DNA from: Candidatus Bathyarchaeota archaeon | Lineage (GTDB): Archaea; Thermoproteota; Bathyarchaeia; 40CM-2-53-6; RBG-13-38-9 | DNA length: 64,000 nt | Direction of reading: 5' to 3' | NCBI GenBank assembly: GCA_963807605.1 | Contig: CAWECG010000004.1 | Location: forward strand, 480,001-544,000 | Shown here: positions 1 to 11,329 of the stretch, piece by piece | Numbering within the stretch: position 1 is the first letter of the stretch | Layout of the letters: each line of letters begins with the position of its first letter | Notes under the pieces: model-generated | The model's input: the letters and a program-made list of their open reading frames with translations, nothing else | Told to the model about the DNA's origin: nothing | The model's database searches: none | Made by a program: the position numbers and the translations under genes

Positions 1-1322
1 GGCTAAAGCCGTGGGCTTCCTGTTTCAATGACCGAACTTGCCTCCTCTCTTTTGCGGTAGAGGTATAGGTTCAATCTTCGCAGGCGTAGATTCGGGTGTG
101 TCCCACCCTAGTCGATTCAGAATATTTACTGCGGAATTCCAGTCTCTATCCTTCATGAGTTCACAGTTTGGACACAGGTGCATCCGCTCGGAAAGGTTCT
201 TCGGTACTGGAAATCCACATCTTGAACATTCTGTAGTTGTGTCACGTGATTCAGCAAATCTCACGTTCTTACCAGCGTATTCTGCTTTGTAAGAGGTGAA
301 GGTTTGTAGTTGATGCCATGAAGCGTCTGCTATTGATTTGGCAAGATGATGATTTCGTATCATGTTTCTTATTGATAGGCGTTCAAATGCTATTAGGTCG
401 AATCTATTCACGAGCGTATGGCTTAGCTTATGGTTGAAGTCTGTTCTCTGCAAGCGCACTTTGCGATGGACTCTCGCCACCTTGATGCGTTGTTTATCTT
501 GATTATTCGATTCTTTCTTCTTTCTTGATAGTCGGCGTTGCTCTCTCCTCAACCTTTTTTGCATCTTCCGTAGGTATTTTGGTGGCTCTATCTTCTCGCC
601 ATTGTTCAGGGTTATGAGAGATTTCAGACCGACATCAACGCCGACTGGGTTCTTTGGATGTCTCGTCTTTACTACTGTGAGAGGTATCTCCACTGGGAAG
701 CATGCATACCACCTGTCAACGTCTCTGCGGATGGTGCAAGTCTTCACTGTTCCTTCTATAGGTCTGTGTTGTACAATTCGTATCGCGCCTATTTTTGAGA
801 GAAACAACTTTCCAGTCGTTAGCTTGCATCCGTTCCCATATTGTGGGTATGTGAAACTGTCGTACTGGTTGCGTCCCTTGAAGCGGGGGTATCCGACCTT
901 GCCATTCCACTTGCCTTCTTTCTTCTTTCTTGCTCTATCAAAGAAAGCGTTGAAAGTCCTCTCTATGCGTAGAGCGACGTCTTGCAAGACTTGTGAGTGG
1001 ACATCTTGGAGATAGTGGCTGGTGTTTTTGGCGTTTACGAGTCCTCGTTTCTGCTCGTAGAAAGATGGTGATCTTCCGTCGTTTCCATATTTGTCTCTGC
1101 GTTCCGCAAGCATAAGGTTATAGAGGATTCGACAGGTGTTGAGTGTCTTTGCGAGTTTTTCCTCTTGGTCCCTGTTCGGATAGATGCGGTACTTGTAGGC
1201 TAGAAGCATCACAGCACCTCACAAACATATGTTGACCTAAAAATTTAAACATCTGGCGTCTCGCTCTGGAACGCAATTCATCCCACCGCTAAAGCATGTG
1301 GGGTTTCTTGCTCAAATCCTCT
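1..1322 (-). mobile_element. IS200/IS605-family TnpB-only element, family A copy 1 (right end runs off window start)
   Basis: Near-identical to 55207-56543 in inverted orientation. Shared sequence begins at TTAG (1323-1326, minus). Left-end hairpin CCCAC..GTGGG. No tnpA. Confidence 0.93.
25..1212 (-). CDS. tnpB: RNA-guided endonuclease TnpB (family A)
   Basis: AYKYRIYP N-terminus; RuvC motifs GVDVG, IAFERL, DRDWNSA; Zn ribbon CSRCG/CPNC. Confidence 0.96.
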   Translation of the reverse strand: MMLLAYKYRIYPNRDQEEKLAKTLNTCRILYNLMLAERRDKYGNDGRSPSFYEQKRGLVNAKNTSHYLQDVHSQVLQDVALRIERTFNAFFDRARKKKEGKWNGKVGYPRFKGRNQYDSFTYPQYGNGCKLTTGKLFLSKIGAIRIVQHRPIEGTVKTCTIRRDVDRWYACFPVEIPLTVVKTRHPKNPVGVDVGLKSLITLNNGEKIEPPKYLRKMQKRLRREQRRLSRKKKESNNQDKQRIKVARVHRKVRLQRTDFNHKLSHTLVNRFDLIAFERLSIRNMIRNHHLAKSIADASWHQLQTFTSYKAEYAGKNVRFAESRDTTTECSRCGFPVPKNLSERMHLCPNCELMKDRDWNSAVNILNRLGWDTPESTPAKIEPIPLPQKRGGKFGH

Positions 1323-1389
1323 CTAAGAATGCTATAATTGAGTAGGGTGTTCGCATCTCGCTTCACTGCAACATCTTGAAGGCTGAACG

Positions 1390-1818
1390 CTAAGGTTTGC
1401 CGATTCTCCAGACGATGTCACCGAGGATCTCGGTCAACCTAGGTTCGTTCCTGACGATATCGGTGGAGGTGACAATTCCAACTAGCTTCCTATCTCGCAC
1501 CACAGGCAACTTCTTGATGCGTCTATCAGCCATAATCTTAGCCGCTTCTTCAATGCTGACTTCCTCATTTATTGTTAAAAGGGGACTGGACATAATCTCC
1601 TTCGCCTTCATAGACTCACCTGCCAGATTCACCTCAAGAACTCGGCGGAGTATGTCTCTCTCGGTAATTATTCCCGTGGGCTTTTCTCCTTCAACAACCA
1701 CCAGTGAACCGATATCGAACTTGTTCATCTTACGAACTACTTCAGTGACCGTGGAGTTGGTCCTCACGGTCTTTACATTCTGACTCATTACATCTCTAAC
1801 GAGGATTACGCCTTCCAT
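1390..1818 (-). CDS. CBS-pair domain protein
   Basis: Two CBS repeats (VRDVMS..GIITERDI; KEIMS..GIVTSTDI). Confidence 0.93.
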   Translation of the reverse strand: MEGVILVRDVMSQNVKTVRTNSTVTEVVRKMNKFDIGSLVVVEGEKPTGIITERDILRRVLEVNLAGESMKAKEIMSSPLLTINEEVSIEEAAKIMADRRIKKLPVVRDRKLVGIVTSTDIVRNEPRLTEILGDIVWRIGKP

Positions 1819-2020
1819 GATTGTATGAAATAGGAACCAATCTCTTTATTCTTTTCCATTTGTGCCAAGTCCTAGATCGACAATATCTGACCCGCCCCGC
1901 ACCGCACCGTAAAAAAATGCATGCCTCAGCTCAGTTTATGCCGTGTCCGCACAGGAAAAAGATCATTCAGTGGTTCCGGCGCGTGCTGATGTCATGCTTC
2001 AATCTTGGAACATTTACAGA

Positions 2021-2773
2021 CTAAATTATCAGGCCTCCGCTGACAACAATCAGTTGGCCCGTAACATAATCGAAGTCCTCAGAGCAGAGGCTGAGAACAA
2101 CACGGGCAACATGTTCCGGAGTACCTAAGCCCATCGGAATAGCTCCAGCCACACTCTCAAACTTCTCAGAAGGCATTGCTCTGGTCAATCTCGTATCGAT
2201 TATCCCAGGGGCGATAACATTTACGCAGACATTGTAGGAAGCCAGATCCCTCGCCGCTGATTTCGTAAAAGAGATCACGGCAGCCTTCGACGTCGCGTAG
2301 TTTATCTGTCCGAGATTGCTCCCGAGGCCCGCCATACTGGATAGGTTCACGATCTTTCCATAACGCTGATTCTTGAAATACTCGCAGACAGCCTTGGTCA
2401 TTAGAAACGTTCCTTTTAGATTGACATTCAAAACTAAACGCCACATTTGATCATCCATTTTGTGGATGACTTTATCCTGAGTTGTCCCAGCGTTATTGAC
2501 CAAAATGTGTAATCCTCCGAGTTCTTTCTTGGCCTTCTCTACCATCCCTTTGCAACTCTGCCAATCAGTCACATCACCTTCTTGCCTACCTGCCGACACA
2601 GCAACCTTTGTATTGTTTCTCATAAGCTCCTCAGCTGTGGCTTCTGCAACCTCGGAGTCAATGTCATTCAACAGAAGGGAAGCACCTTCCTTTGCGAGGA
2701 GACTGGCAATACTCTTTCCTATGCCTCGCCCTGAACCTGTGACTATTGCCACTCGACCTTCGAGTCGTTGCAT
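2021..2773 (-). CDS. SDR oxidoreductase, FabG-like (3-oxoacyl reductase family)
   Basis: TGSGRGIG, NNAG, YATSK motifs. Start moved to ATG 2773 downstream of a GAGGTGA RBS. Confidence 0.92.
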   Translation of the reverse strand: MQRLEGRVAIVTGSGRGIGKSIASLLAKEGASLLLNDIDSEVAEATAEELMRNNTKVAVSAGRQEGDVTDWQSCKGMVEKAKKELGGLHILVNNAGTTQDKVIHKMDDQMWRLVLNVNLKGTFLMTKAVCEYFKNQRYGKIVNLSSMAGLGSNLGQINYATSKAAVISFTKSAARDLASYNVCVNVIAPGIIDTRLTRAMPSEKFESVAGAIPMGLGTPEHVARVVLSLCSEDFDYVTGQLIVVSGGLII

Positions 2774-2783
2774 GTAATTCACC

Positions 2784-3542
2784 TCAGAAATTGTAGGTGT
2801 CCAGTCCATAGTCGACGTTTATCGCTTGCCCGTTGATTGGTCTTCCATCCTCTGAGGCCAGAAAGAGAATGACCCGCGCGACCTGTTCAGCAGTAACATT
2901 GGTATTCGCCAATTCGACCTGAGTCTGCCTAAACTGATCCTTCAAGCTTGAGCTTAGACCTTGATCACCCTCGACGACTGGCCCCGTACAGACCGCTGAA
3001 CATGTAACTCCCCATCTGGACCATTCTCTACTTACAGACTTCATAATCCCCAAAACGCCGCCCATGGATGAAGAATAATCAATCATTGCTGCACACCCAC
3101 TCCTGGCGGCTATCGAGGAGACCAAAATCACACTTCCACGCTTTTTTTCCCTGAAACACTCGTAAACACCCTGAAGAGCATGGAAGACTGTCGTAAGATT
3201 CCTCTCCATCAACATGTCAATATCTTCGACACTAGATTTTTCCATCTCCTTTCCGACTGAACTTCCCTCATTACAAACCAGAATATCTACAGAGTTGAAT
3301 CTATCAACAACCGCCTTTGTAAGCTGAATACCAGCCTGAGCCTTACACAGATCAAAATTCGTAGCCAAAGCCCTAGAGCCCAAGCTCTCCTGAAGAGACC
3401 TTATAATTTCCTCTCTGGCATCATTCATGGCAACGTTAGCATTCTCTTCGTGGAAAAGACGAGCAGCAACTTGACCTACACTCCCCGCAGCATTAGTAAT
3501 CACAACTGTCTTACCTGCAAATCTTCCCGGACTAATGCCCAA
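2784..3542 (-). CDS. SDR-fold protein with degenerate catalytic and cofactor motifs
   Basis: SDR layout, but TNAAGSVG, CNEG and YSSSM replace TGxxxGIG, NNAG and YxxxK. Confidence 0.85.
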   Translation of the reverse strand: MGISPGRFAGKTVVITNAAGSVGQVAARLFHEENANVAMNDAREEIIRSLQESLGSRALATNFDLCKAQAGIQLTKAVVDRFNSVDILVCNEGSSVGKEMEKSSVEDIDMLMERNLTTVFHALQGVYECFREKKRGSVILVSSIAARSGCAAMIDYSSSMGGVLGIMKSVSREWSRWGVTCSAVCTGPVVEGDQGLSSSLKDQFRQTQVELANTNVTAEQVARVILFLASEDGRPINGQAINVDYGLDTYNF

Positions 3543-3703
3543 AACGCACTCCGCCCCTCAATACTCTCGATAGAGACATTGAGAACTAGACAATATGGTA
3601 AAGGGTTTTGCGGTTCAGACGCATTTGTACTGACGATATGCCTTAAAGGAGGTCCAAGCAACTCTCAAGTTTGAAATGGTAAGCTTCAAAGGTTGATCCC
3701 GAG

Positions 3704-4348
3704 TTGAACAAGACCGTTTTTACAATAGTATCGATTGTTCTCATCTCCCTCGTCATACCCGTTGTTAGCGGTGCTCAATCAAATCAGAAAGCTCCAGACT
3801 TCCAGCTCACTGATATCCATGGAAAAACCTTCTCCCTCTCCGATTTCAAGGGCAAGATCTTCTTATTGGAATTCTTTGCTAGCTGGTGTGGTCCTTGTAA
3901 GACTCAGCTTACGGAGCTGAAGGCCATCAGAACAGCGTACCCGCAGGAGCAGTTAGCAATGGCTTCCATAAGCTTCGACCCTGCCACTGATACTGATGAG
4001 AGCCTGAGCCGCCTAGCCGATAATGTTAGTGCGACATGGATTCTAGCTAGGGATACTACAGGCATAAGCGACGCTTATAACGTCAACATCGCTCCAACCA
4101 TATTCTTGATCGACAGAACAGGTTTCATTCGTTATACACACATGGGATTCACAAAATCCAAAATCTTAACACCGGAGATCGATCAGCTGACCTCAGAGTC
4201 GCCTCCACCCATATCACCGAAATCACCGTCGGGGGGCGACACAACATCCTTACTTTTAGTGGTAGTCGTCATCATCATGGCAGGCAGTGCGATATTAGCA
4301 ATAAGAAAGTGGAGGCCCCGACAGAAAGCTCGAAGACCCAAGCGCTAA
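3704..4348 (+). CDS. TlpA/ResA-like membrane-anchored thiol-disulfide oxidoreductase
   Basis: APDF..LSDFKGK, FASWCGPC, signal peptide, C-terminal TM with basic tail. Confidence 0.92.
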   Translation: MNKTVFTIVSIVLISLVIPVVSGAQSNQKAPDFQLTDIHGKTFSLSDFKGKIFLLEFFASWCGPCKTQLTELKAIRTAYPQEQLAMASISFDPATDTDESLSRLADNVSATWILARDTTGISDAYNVNIAPTIFLIDRTGFIRYTHMGFTKSKILTPEIDQLTSESPPPISPKSPSGGDTTSLLLVVVVIIMAGSAILAIRKWRPRQKARRPKR

Positions 4349-4349
4349 C

Positions 4350-5674
<1,325 letters not shown>

Positions 5675-5732
5675 ATAAAAGACTGAAGGATCCACAATTT
5701 CAATGCATTCATGACAAGGAAGGATAGGAAAG

Positions 5733-6026
5733 TCATTTCGATCTATAAGCTTGGGCAACTGCTTCCACGACTGCCTTTGCGAAATCCTCTGGAGCAGCTC
5801 CTACCAAAACATACCCCTTTCCTAAGAAACTCAGTACATGGCTACTAATAATCTCTGGTCGTGCTCTCAACATAACGAGTTCCTTTTCCAGTTCCTGAAT
5901 TCCATCCTCTGGGTGCAGGAAGAAGTCTCCAGTGATGACTACGTTCTCCACAACTCCTCTATCGACGGTGCACTGAACCCTGATCAGTTTGCCACCGGCG
6001 ACCTTGATTTCAGATCTTCCTATCAT
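5733..6026 (-). CDS. Lipoate-protein ligase C-terminal subunit (LplB-like)
   Basis: GGKLIRV..ITGDFFLHPE; directly downstream of lplA. Confidence 0.9.
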   Translation of the reverse strand: MIGRSEIKVAGGKLIRVQCTVDRGVVENVVITGDFFLHPEDGIQELEKELVMLRARPEIISSHVLSFLGKGYVLVGAAPEDFAKAVVEAVAQAYRSK

Positions 6027-6031
6027 CTACG

Positions 6032-6817
6032 TCATCTCCTGAAGATCCACTCTGGATTCGAATACTTCCCTTTGCTAAGATCTTCGGCGAGTGTAATCTC
6101 TTCCTTTGTAAGGCTTCCGTTGGCCAATCTGAGATTGAGTGCCTTTTCAAACCCTCTTTCGAGCGATTCGGCGACATCTTCCAATGATGGTTTCTTTGAC
6201 AGTTCCTTCTTCAATGTAGTAACGCGCTGTTGAGCAGAAACGATCATCTTGTCACGTATCTTCTCATCAGAGACTCTAAGCAAGTTGAACATCTTCTCCA
6301 AGTCGGCATCGACAAGGATGGTGCCATGCTGCAGTACAACACCAAGTCTCCTTGTTTGGGCGTTACCAGATATCTTTTTGCCACCAACCATTATGTCGTT
6401 GACTGCGTGAAACGAAGCATCGACGCCTAAGGATTGGAGACCACTGATTATGCCGCCGCAGATCACTTCATACGACCTTATGATGTCTTTCGGTATGGAT
6501 AGCTCATCTTCGCCAGCAATCAGACTGTACGTAACTTCTCCCAGACTATCATGAAAAACCGCCCCGCCACCAGTAATTCTCCGTACAACATCGACTCCCT
6601 CAGCCTTGCAAACATCAAGATTGACTTCAGCTTCGACGCTCTGAAAAAAGCCTATAGACACTGCAGAGGGATTCCAGCGATAGAACCTGATTGTGTTGGG
6701 ACTCTGTTTCTTGGAACAGGTAGTCAAGATCGCTTCATCAATGGCCATGTTCATGGCTGCATTGTTCGCTGAGAATTCAAGAAGACGCCAGTCAGATGTC
6801 GTATCCACCATATTCAT
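6032..6817 (-). CDS. lplA: Lipoate-protein ligase A catalytic subunit
   Basis: NMAIDEAI, RRITGGGAVFHD, GKKISGNAQ, QHGT. Confidence 0.94.
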   Translation of the reverse strand: MNMVDTTSDWRLLEFSANNAAMNMAIDEAILTTCSKKQSPNTIRFYRWNPSAVSIGFFQSVEAEVNLDVCKAEGVDVVRRITGGGAVFHDSLGEVTYSLIAGEDELSIPKDIIRSYEVICGGIISGLQSLGVDASFHAVNDIMVGGKKISGNAQTRRLGVVLQHGTILVDADLEKMFNLLRVSDEKIRDKMIVSAQQRVTTLKKELSKKPSLEDVAESLERGFEKALNLRLANGSLTKEEITLAEDLSKGKYSNPEWIFRR

Positions 6818-6896
6818 TCGTGCTCAACACACACGCTCAACCTAAAATATTTAACTAGATGTGCATAAGGTCCAGCTATCGGTTGGAAGGGGGAGA

Positions 6897-7868
6897 TTGC
6901 CGAAATTCATTGAGCGCCTAATCGACAGCGACATCAAGGCTGAGTTGCTAATGCTCTTCCATCGCAACCCAAGCTTGAACGTTGCTCTCGAAGATTTGGT
7001 TACAAGAATTGGCAAAGACGCCTCCCTGGTACGAAAGGATGTTGAAGAGTTCGTTCACCTTGGTATACTGAAAGAGAGTAAGAACTATCAACTCAATGTG
7101 GAGAAGGATAAAGAAATCCAGGACCTAATCGCTGTTCACTTGGCAGGCGAAACCAAGATCGAGGAACCTGAAATCACGAAATACAGATCGACTACCGGCA
7201 TACCCTTTCTCGATGAACGATTGTCAGGCGGCATCCCACCGTCATCGACTATTCTCATCATGGGAGATCCCAACTCTGGGAAAGAACTGCTGGTCTATCA
7301 GATAATCGCGGAAGTCCTCAAGAACAACAAAGCCGTTGTCTACGCGGCCTTCGACGATTTTCCAGAAAGAATCAGAGAGTCCATTGGAAGGCTCGCCCCC
7401 CAAGTTCTGAGTAAGGTCGATACCAAGTTTCTGTTCATCGACTATTACTCGAAACTGGTGGGTTCGGAGAGCCTTGAGAAGTACAGTGGGGATCCGTCGA
7501 ACATAATGGAGCTGGCGATTACGATAACTCGACTTCTCCCCAAGGAAGAAGGATTGCTTGTCTTGGACTCGGCCTCAACTCTTTTTCAAAGTGCGGGTGT
7601 CAAATCATCGATCGAGCTTCTGCGGAGAGTGATAGCGAGGGTGAGGAAATCAAAGGCAAATTGCTTGATAAGTATGACAAGAGGAGCCTTTCATCCCGCC
7701 ATTGTCGCGGCAACTCAAGATCTTGTCGATGGAGTAGTGGAGATGAAGGTTGAAGAGATTCAAGGAGCTCTTAAGGCGCAGCTTAGAGTGGCAAAGATGA
7801 GACATGCAAAGTGTGATACTTCCTGGATCTCCTACGAATTTACTCCAGACCAAGGATTGCGAGTCTGA
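6897..7868 (+). CDS. KaiC/RAD55-like ATPase with N-terminal winged-helix-like domain
   Basis: TGIPFLDERLSGGIP, Walker A GDPNSGKE, Walker B LVLDS, VAKMRH. Probable TTG start after GGGGAG. Confidence 0.85.
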   Translation: MPKFIERLIDSDIKAELLMLFHRNPSLNVALEDLVTRIGKDASLVRKDVEEFVHLGILKESKNYQLNVEKDKEIQDLIAVHLAGETKIEEPEITKYRSTTGIPFLDERLSGGIPPSSTILIMGDPNSGKELLVYQIIAEVLKNNKAVVYAAFDDFPERIRESIGRLAPQVLSKVDTKFLFIDYYSKLVGSESLEKYSGDPSNIMELAITITRLLPKEEGLLVLDSASTLFQSAGVKSSIELLRRVIARVRKSKANCLISMTRGAFHPAIVAATQDLVDGVVEMKVEEIQGALKAQLRVAKMRHAKCDTSWISYEFTPDQGLRV

Positions 7869-7903
7869 GGAGAACACTACGAACTCATCTGGACAAAGAA
7901 TCT

Positions 7904-8305
7904 TCATGTTGGAAGGACGAACGGTCCTCTAGAGAGGGCGCGCTTCTTCAATTCCGCTATCGCCAATGTGAGGCCGCCGTTACAGATTTCACCGTGTTCT
8001 GCATCGAGATTATCAAGGAGGTTGTGTGTGATTATTCGTTGGATCACCGTCCCTCCCTTGCCGAATACTTTGTCGATTGCCTCACAGAAGAGATCGGGCT
8101 TGGTAGCAACATCGCCTCTTCTAAAATCAAAGTTTTTCAGCAAATATGAGTAGAGAGCTTCAGTTGCCTTCCCACCTAGGATTGAGGTCAAGATGTCTTC
8201 GACGACTGCAGTCACCAGATCCTCGGGGCTTGACAGGCGCACTACACCTTCGGTTCTGTTGTCGAACGGTTTGTGTTTTGGGCGGAGGTTCAACTGTTCG
8301 GTCAT
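7904..8305 (-). CDS. DUF3227-like small protein
   Basis: ILGGKATEALYSYL..F.EAIDKVFGKGG pattern typical of archaeal KaiC-associated small proteins. Confidence 0.65.
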   Translation of the reverse strand: MTEQLNLRPKHKPFDNRTEGVVRLSSPEDLVTAVVEDILTSILGGKATEALYSYLLKNFDFRRGDVATKPDLFCEAIDKVFGKGGTVIQRIITHNLLDNLDAEHGEICNGGLTLAIAELKKRALSRGPFVLPT

Positions 8306-8321
8306 TTCCGACCGGTAACTC

Positions 8322-8774
8322 CTATGGATTAATAGGGTTCCCCAGACCCCAGATGGACTGTTCCAACGCGTGAAACGTCAGCTCATCTCTGCCCATGAAA
8401 TAACCCAATAAACACCGGGGAACATCCGAGTCAGGCTTTTCAACCTTAAGAGCCTCAACGAAAGCTTCGCATGCATACTTCGGCCACGACTGGATCAGAC
8501 TGAGAACTGTTTTATGAACGAAGTCTCTTTCATATTCTTCCTTGCTCTTTATCGGGAAGTATCTTTTTCGTCTTCCACCTCTACATGTCTCTTCTCGAAA
8601 CCGCAGGACGTTTTTCCTGCAGAGGTCTTTGAGATAGAGCAGGATGGCTGTGCGAGAGACACTTCTGAGGCCAAACCTTTCCTTAACATAATTGTAGACT
8701 TCGCTTCCTATGAGACCTTCATCAACCTTAGTCCACAAAATATCTAAAACAACATCTCTGTAATCTTCATCCAA
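8322..8774 (-). CDS. Winged-helix DNA-binding protein
   Basis: SRTAILLYLKDL..VLRFREETCRGGRRKRY wHTH wing. Confidence 0.72.
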   Translation of the reverse strand: MDEDYRDVVLDILWTKVDEGLIGSEVYNYVKERFGLRSVSRTAILLYLKDLCRKNVLRFREETCRGGRRKRYFPIKSKEEYERDFVHKTVLSLIQSWPKYACEAFVEALKVEKPDSDVPRCLLGYFMGRDELTFHALEQSIWGLGNPINP

Positions 8775-8895
8775 CTGTGAGGAGCCCCGCGCCCATTTTG
8801 AAACAATAACTGCTAGCTTTCACTAACACTTTAACTTGGCGAATCCCACAATCCCACGACTCGATGAATCTCACAATCCCGCTTCACCACCGGGC

Positions 8896-10323
8896 TTATC
8901 TCCTTGCACGTATTCTCGGATTCAAGACCTCATCCATAGTGTTGCCTATGAATACAAAGGAGATCGAGAGCATTGTTATAGCAACTCCAGGCGGGATGAT
9001 CCACCACCATGCAAGGTTCTGGAATGCACCGAAGGCGTTGGCTGAGTAGAACATCCTCCCCCAGGACGCGGTATTCGGATCGCCGAGCGCAAGGAAACTC
9101 AGCGCCGCCTCCGTTATGATTGCTCCAGGAATGTAGAGTGCGATGCTAGCGTACGCCAAGGGCAGGACGTTGGGAAGTAGATGTCTCAAAATTATCCATC
9201 TGCTTGAGGAGCCGATGGCTCTCGAAGCCTCAACAAACGTCGCCGTCTTAAGCTGGAGAACTTGAGCTCTAACCAACCTGGCGAATCCTGGCCAACTCAA
9301 TATTCCGAGCAGAAAGACTATGTTCCAAATATTTCTCCCGAAGAGTCCACTTAAGATCATCAGCATCGGCAGGCCCGGAAGGACGAGCAAGACATCAACC
9401 AGCCTCATGGATGCTTCATCCGTTATCCCACCTTGGTAACCCGAGACTAGGCCGACACCAAGCCCTATGAATACAGAAAGCAGAGCTGCACTCACGCCTA
9501 TCAACAAAGACACCCTCGTGCCGTACAAGAGCTGAGCGAATAGGTCAGCACCCAATTCATCCGTTCCAAGGACTCCATGGACCCTTCCAGGCACATGAAT
9601 CACCAGTCTACTCATAGTGACATTCAAAATTGAAGGACCAGCCGTAGATCCGTTTGCTTGGAACCTAATCATTAAGGAATAGATACCCTTCTTTGAGAAG
9701 ACTCGTACAGCCACGTTCTGGTACCATTCAAGCCCCAATTCAGCTTTATACTCGAAGGGTAAACCTTTCGAGTCAAGGTTCAGTTGCGAAGGCTCCAAGG
9801 GCCCTGTTCTGGGACCGCTACTCCAGATCATAAACCGCTTCGAGCCCGGATCGATTATGAATACCTGAACTTGATAGGTGCTGTTCTTTACAGCGTTAAA
9901 CCGGAAGTCTGTGCTGACTTGAAAGCTTAGAGGAGGGGCGTACTCGTATCCGAATTGGTGAGTCATTTCAGCATTCGCTGACACCTTCGATCCGTTGGAT
10001 GTCAAGAAAGCAAAAGTCAATGGATCGCTGCGCATCACTTTGAAAGGCTCTTCCGTCCTGATGCTCCAATTACCCGCATCTGCCTTTGGAGACACGGAAA
10101 AATCCATTGTACTCGGGAAGTCCCTGTATTGAGGGAGTATTCTATACCAGGAGGGTAGCGCTAGGCCTTCCGCGAGAAACCTGCCACCCAAAGGATCATA
10201 AGGCGTCAAGACCGGAGCGAAGATCGCTACGAATAGGAAGAATGCCAGTATGGACAGCCCAATCAGTCCCAATCGGCTTCTTCTGTAAGATGACCAGAAT
10301 CTCCGAAGGGTACTTCGTGACAA
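8896..10323 (-). CDS. oppC: Oligo/dipeptide ABC permease (OppC/DppC) with large extracellular insert
   Basis: LGTDELGADLFAQLLYG, EASRAIG, ITEAALSFLALG. Confidence 0.93.
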   Translation of the reverse strand: MSRSTLRRFWSSYRRSRLGLIGLSILAFFLFVAIFAPVLTPYDPLGGRFLAEGLALPSWYRILPQYRDFPSTMDFSVSPKADAGNWSIRTEEPFKVMRSDPLTFAFLTSNGSKVSANAEMTHQFGYEYAPPLSFQVSTDFRFNAVKNSTYQVQVFIIDPGSKRFMIWSSGPRTGPLEPSQLNLDSKGLPFEYKAELGLEWYQNVAVRVFSKKGIYSLMIRFQANGSTAGPSILNVTMSRLVIHVPGRVHGVLGTDELGADLFAQLLYGTRVSLLIGVSAALLSVFIGLGVGLVSGYQGGITDEASMRLVDVLLVLPGLPMLMILSGLFGRNIWNIVFLLGILSWPGFARLVRAQVLQLKTATFVEASRAIGSSSRWIILRHLLPNVLPLAYASIALYIPGAIITEAALSFLALGDPNTASWGRMFYSANAFGAFQNLAWWWIIPPGVAITMLSISFVFIGNTMDEVLNPRIRARR

Positions 10324-10334
10324 TCAATTCATCC

Positions 10335-11321
10335 TCAGTATCTTATCCTGGGGTCCAACAGACCGTATGCCAAGTCTACTACCAAGTTGGCCAAGATCGT
10401 TACGAGGCTGAGAAGGAAGAATGTCCCCTGCATTACAGGATAATCGTTTTGCAGGATTGCCTCGTACAGATAGCGTCCTATTCCATACCAGCTGAAGATA
10501 GTCTCGGTAAGTACGGCTCCGCCCATTATTCCTGCCAGACTTAATCCAATCATAGTCGAGATGGGGGGCAGGATGCTTCGCAAACCGTGGTGGTAGACTA
10601 TTGACCGAGAGTCGAGGCCCTTCGCCCTAGCCGTTACAATGTAATCTTGCGTCAGGACATCTATCATCAGGTTCCGTATTATCAGGGTATATCCGCCGAA
10701 ACCAATTATCACCAAAGTGATCATCGGCAGGGTGAGATGCCACAAAACGTCAAGAGCATAACTTACAGGGTCTGTTGGTGGGGGTCTCGACACGGTTCCT
10801 GCAACCGGAAAATTGATGAGACCACCGGTTTTTATTGGTAAGTAGTAAGCAAAGACCATTAGAAGCAGCAGGCCAAGAAAGAAGGTTGGCAACCCTTCGG
10901 TCAAGAGACCGAAGGTTACGCTTCCAACATCTCTCTTCGACCCTCTATGTGAAGCGGCAGAAACACCCAGAATTACTCCCAATATTATAGTCAAGATTGT
11001 TGAGGATCCCATCAAAAGAATTGTGTTTGGAAGTCGTTCCATTATTTCGTCAGAGACGTATCTCTGGGAGATGAAGGAGATGCCGAGTCTTCCGCTGAAG
11101 AGATTGTACAGATACGTGAAGAATTGCTCATAGAGGGGCCTATCCAGTCCCCAGAGTTGCATTAGAGCTTGCCTAGCCTCCAATGGGAGGTTCGGGCTAA
11201 CAAAATATGTGATTGGGTTGCCCGGCATGACCCTGAAGATGAAAAACTGTAGGGTAACGGTCACTATCAGAACAATGAACGTGTTTATGATTCTTCTCGT
11301 TGCATAGGCTTTGAAGCCCAT
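10335..11321 (-). CDS. oppB: Oligo/dipeptide ABC permease (OppB/DppB)
   Basis: MPGNP, DYIVTARAKG, TETIFSWYGIG, DPRIRY. Confidence 0.95.
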   Translation of the reverse strand: MGFKAYATRRIINTFIVLIVTVTLQFFIFRVMPGNPITYFVSPNLPLEARQALMQLWGLDRPLYEQFFTYLYNLFSGRLGISFISQRYVSDEIMERLPNTILLMGSSTILTIILGVILGVSAASHRGSKRDVGSVTFGLLTEGLPTFFLGLLLLMVFAYYLPIKTGGLINFPVAGTVSRPPPTDPVSYALDVLWHLTLPMITLVIIGFGGYTLIIRNLMIDVLTQDYIVTARAKGLDSRSIVYHHGLRSILPPISTMIGLSLAGIMGGAVLTETIFSWYGIGRYLYEAILQNDYPVMQGTFFLLSLVTILANLVVDLAYGLLDPRIRY

Positions 11322-11329
11322 CCAAGCAC

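Noticed and set aside
38-1015. Antisense ORFs repeated in each tnpB copy (also 20388, 23649, 27671, 55514)
   Set aside because: Shadows of tnpB; they recur only because the elements are duplicated.
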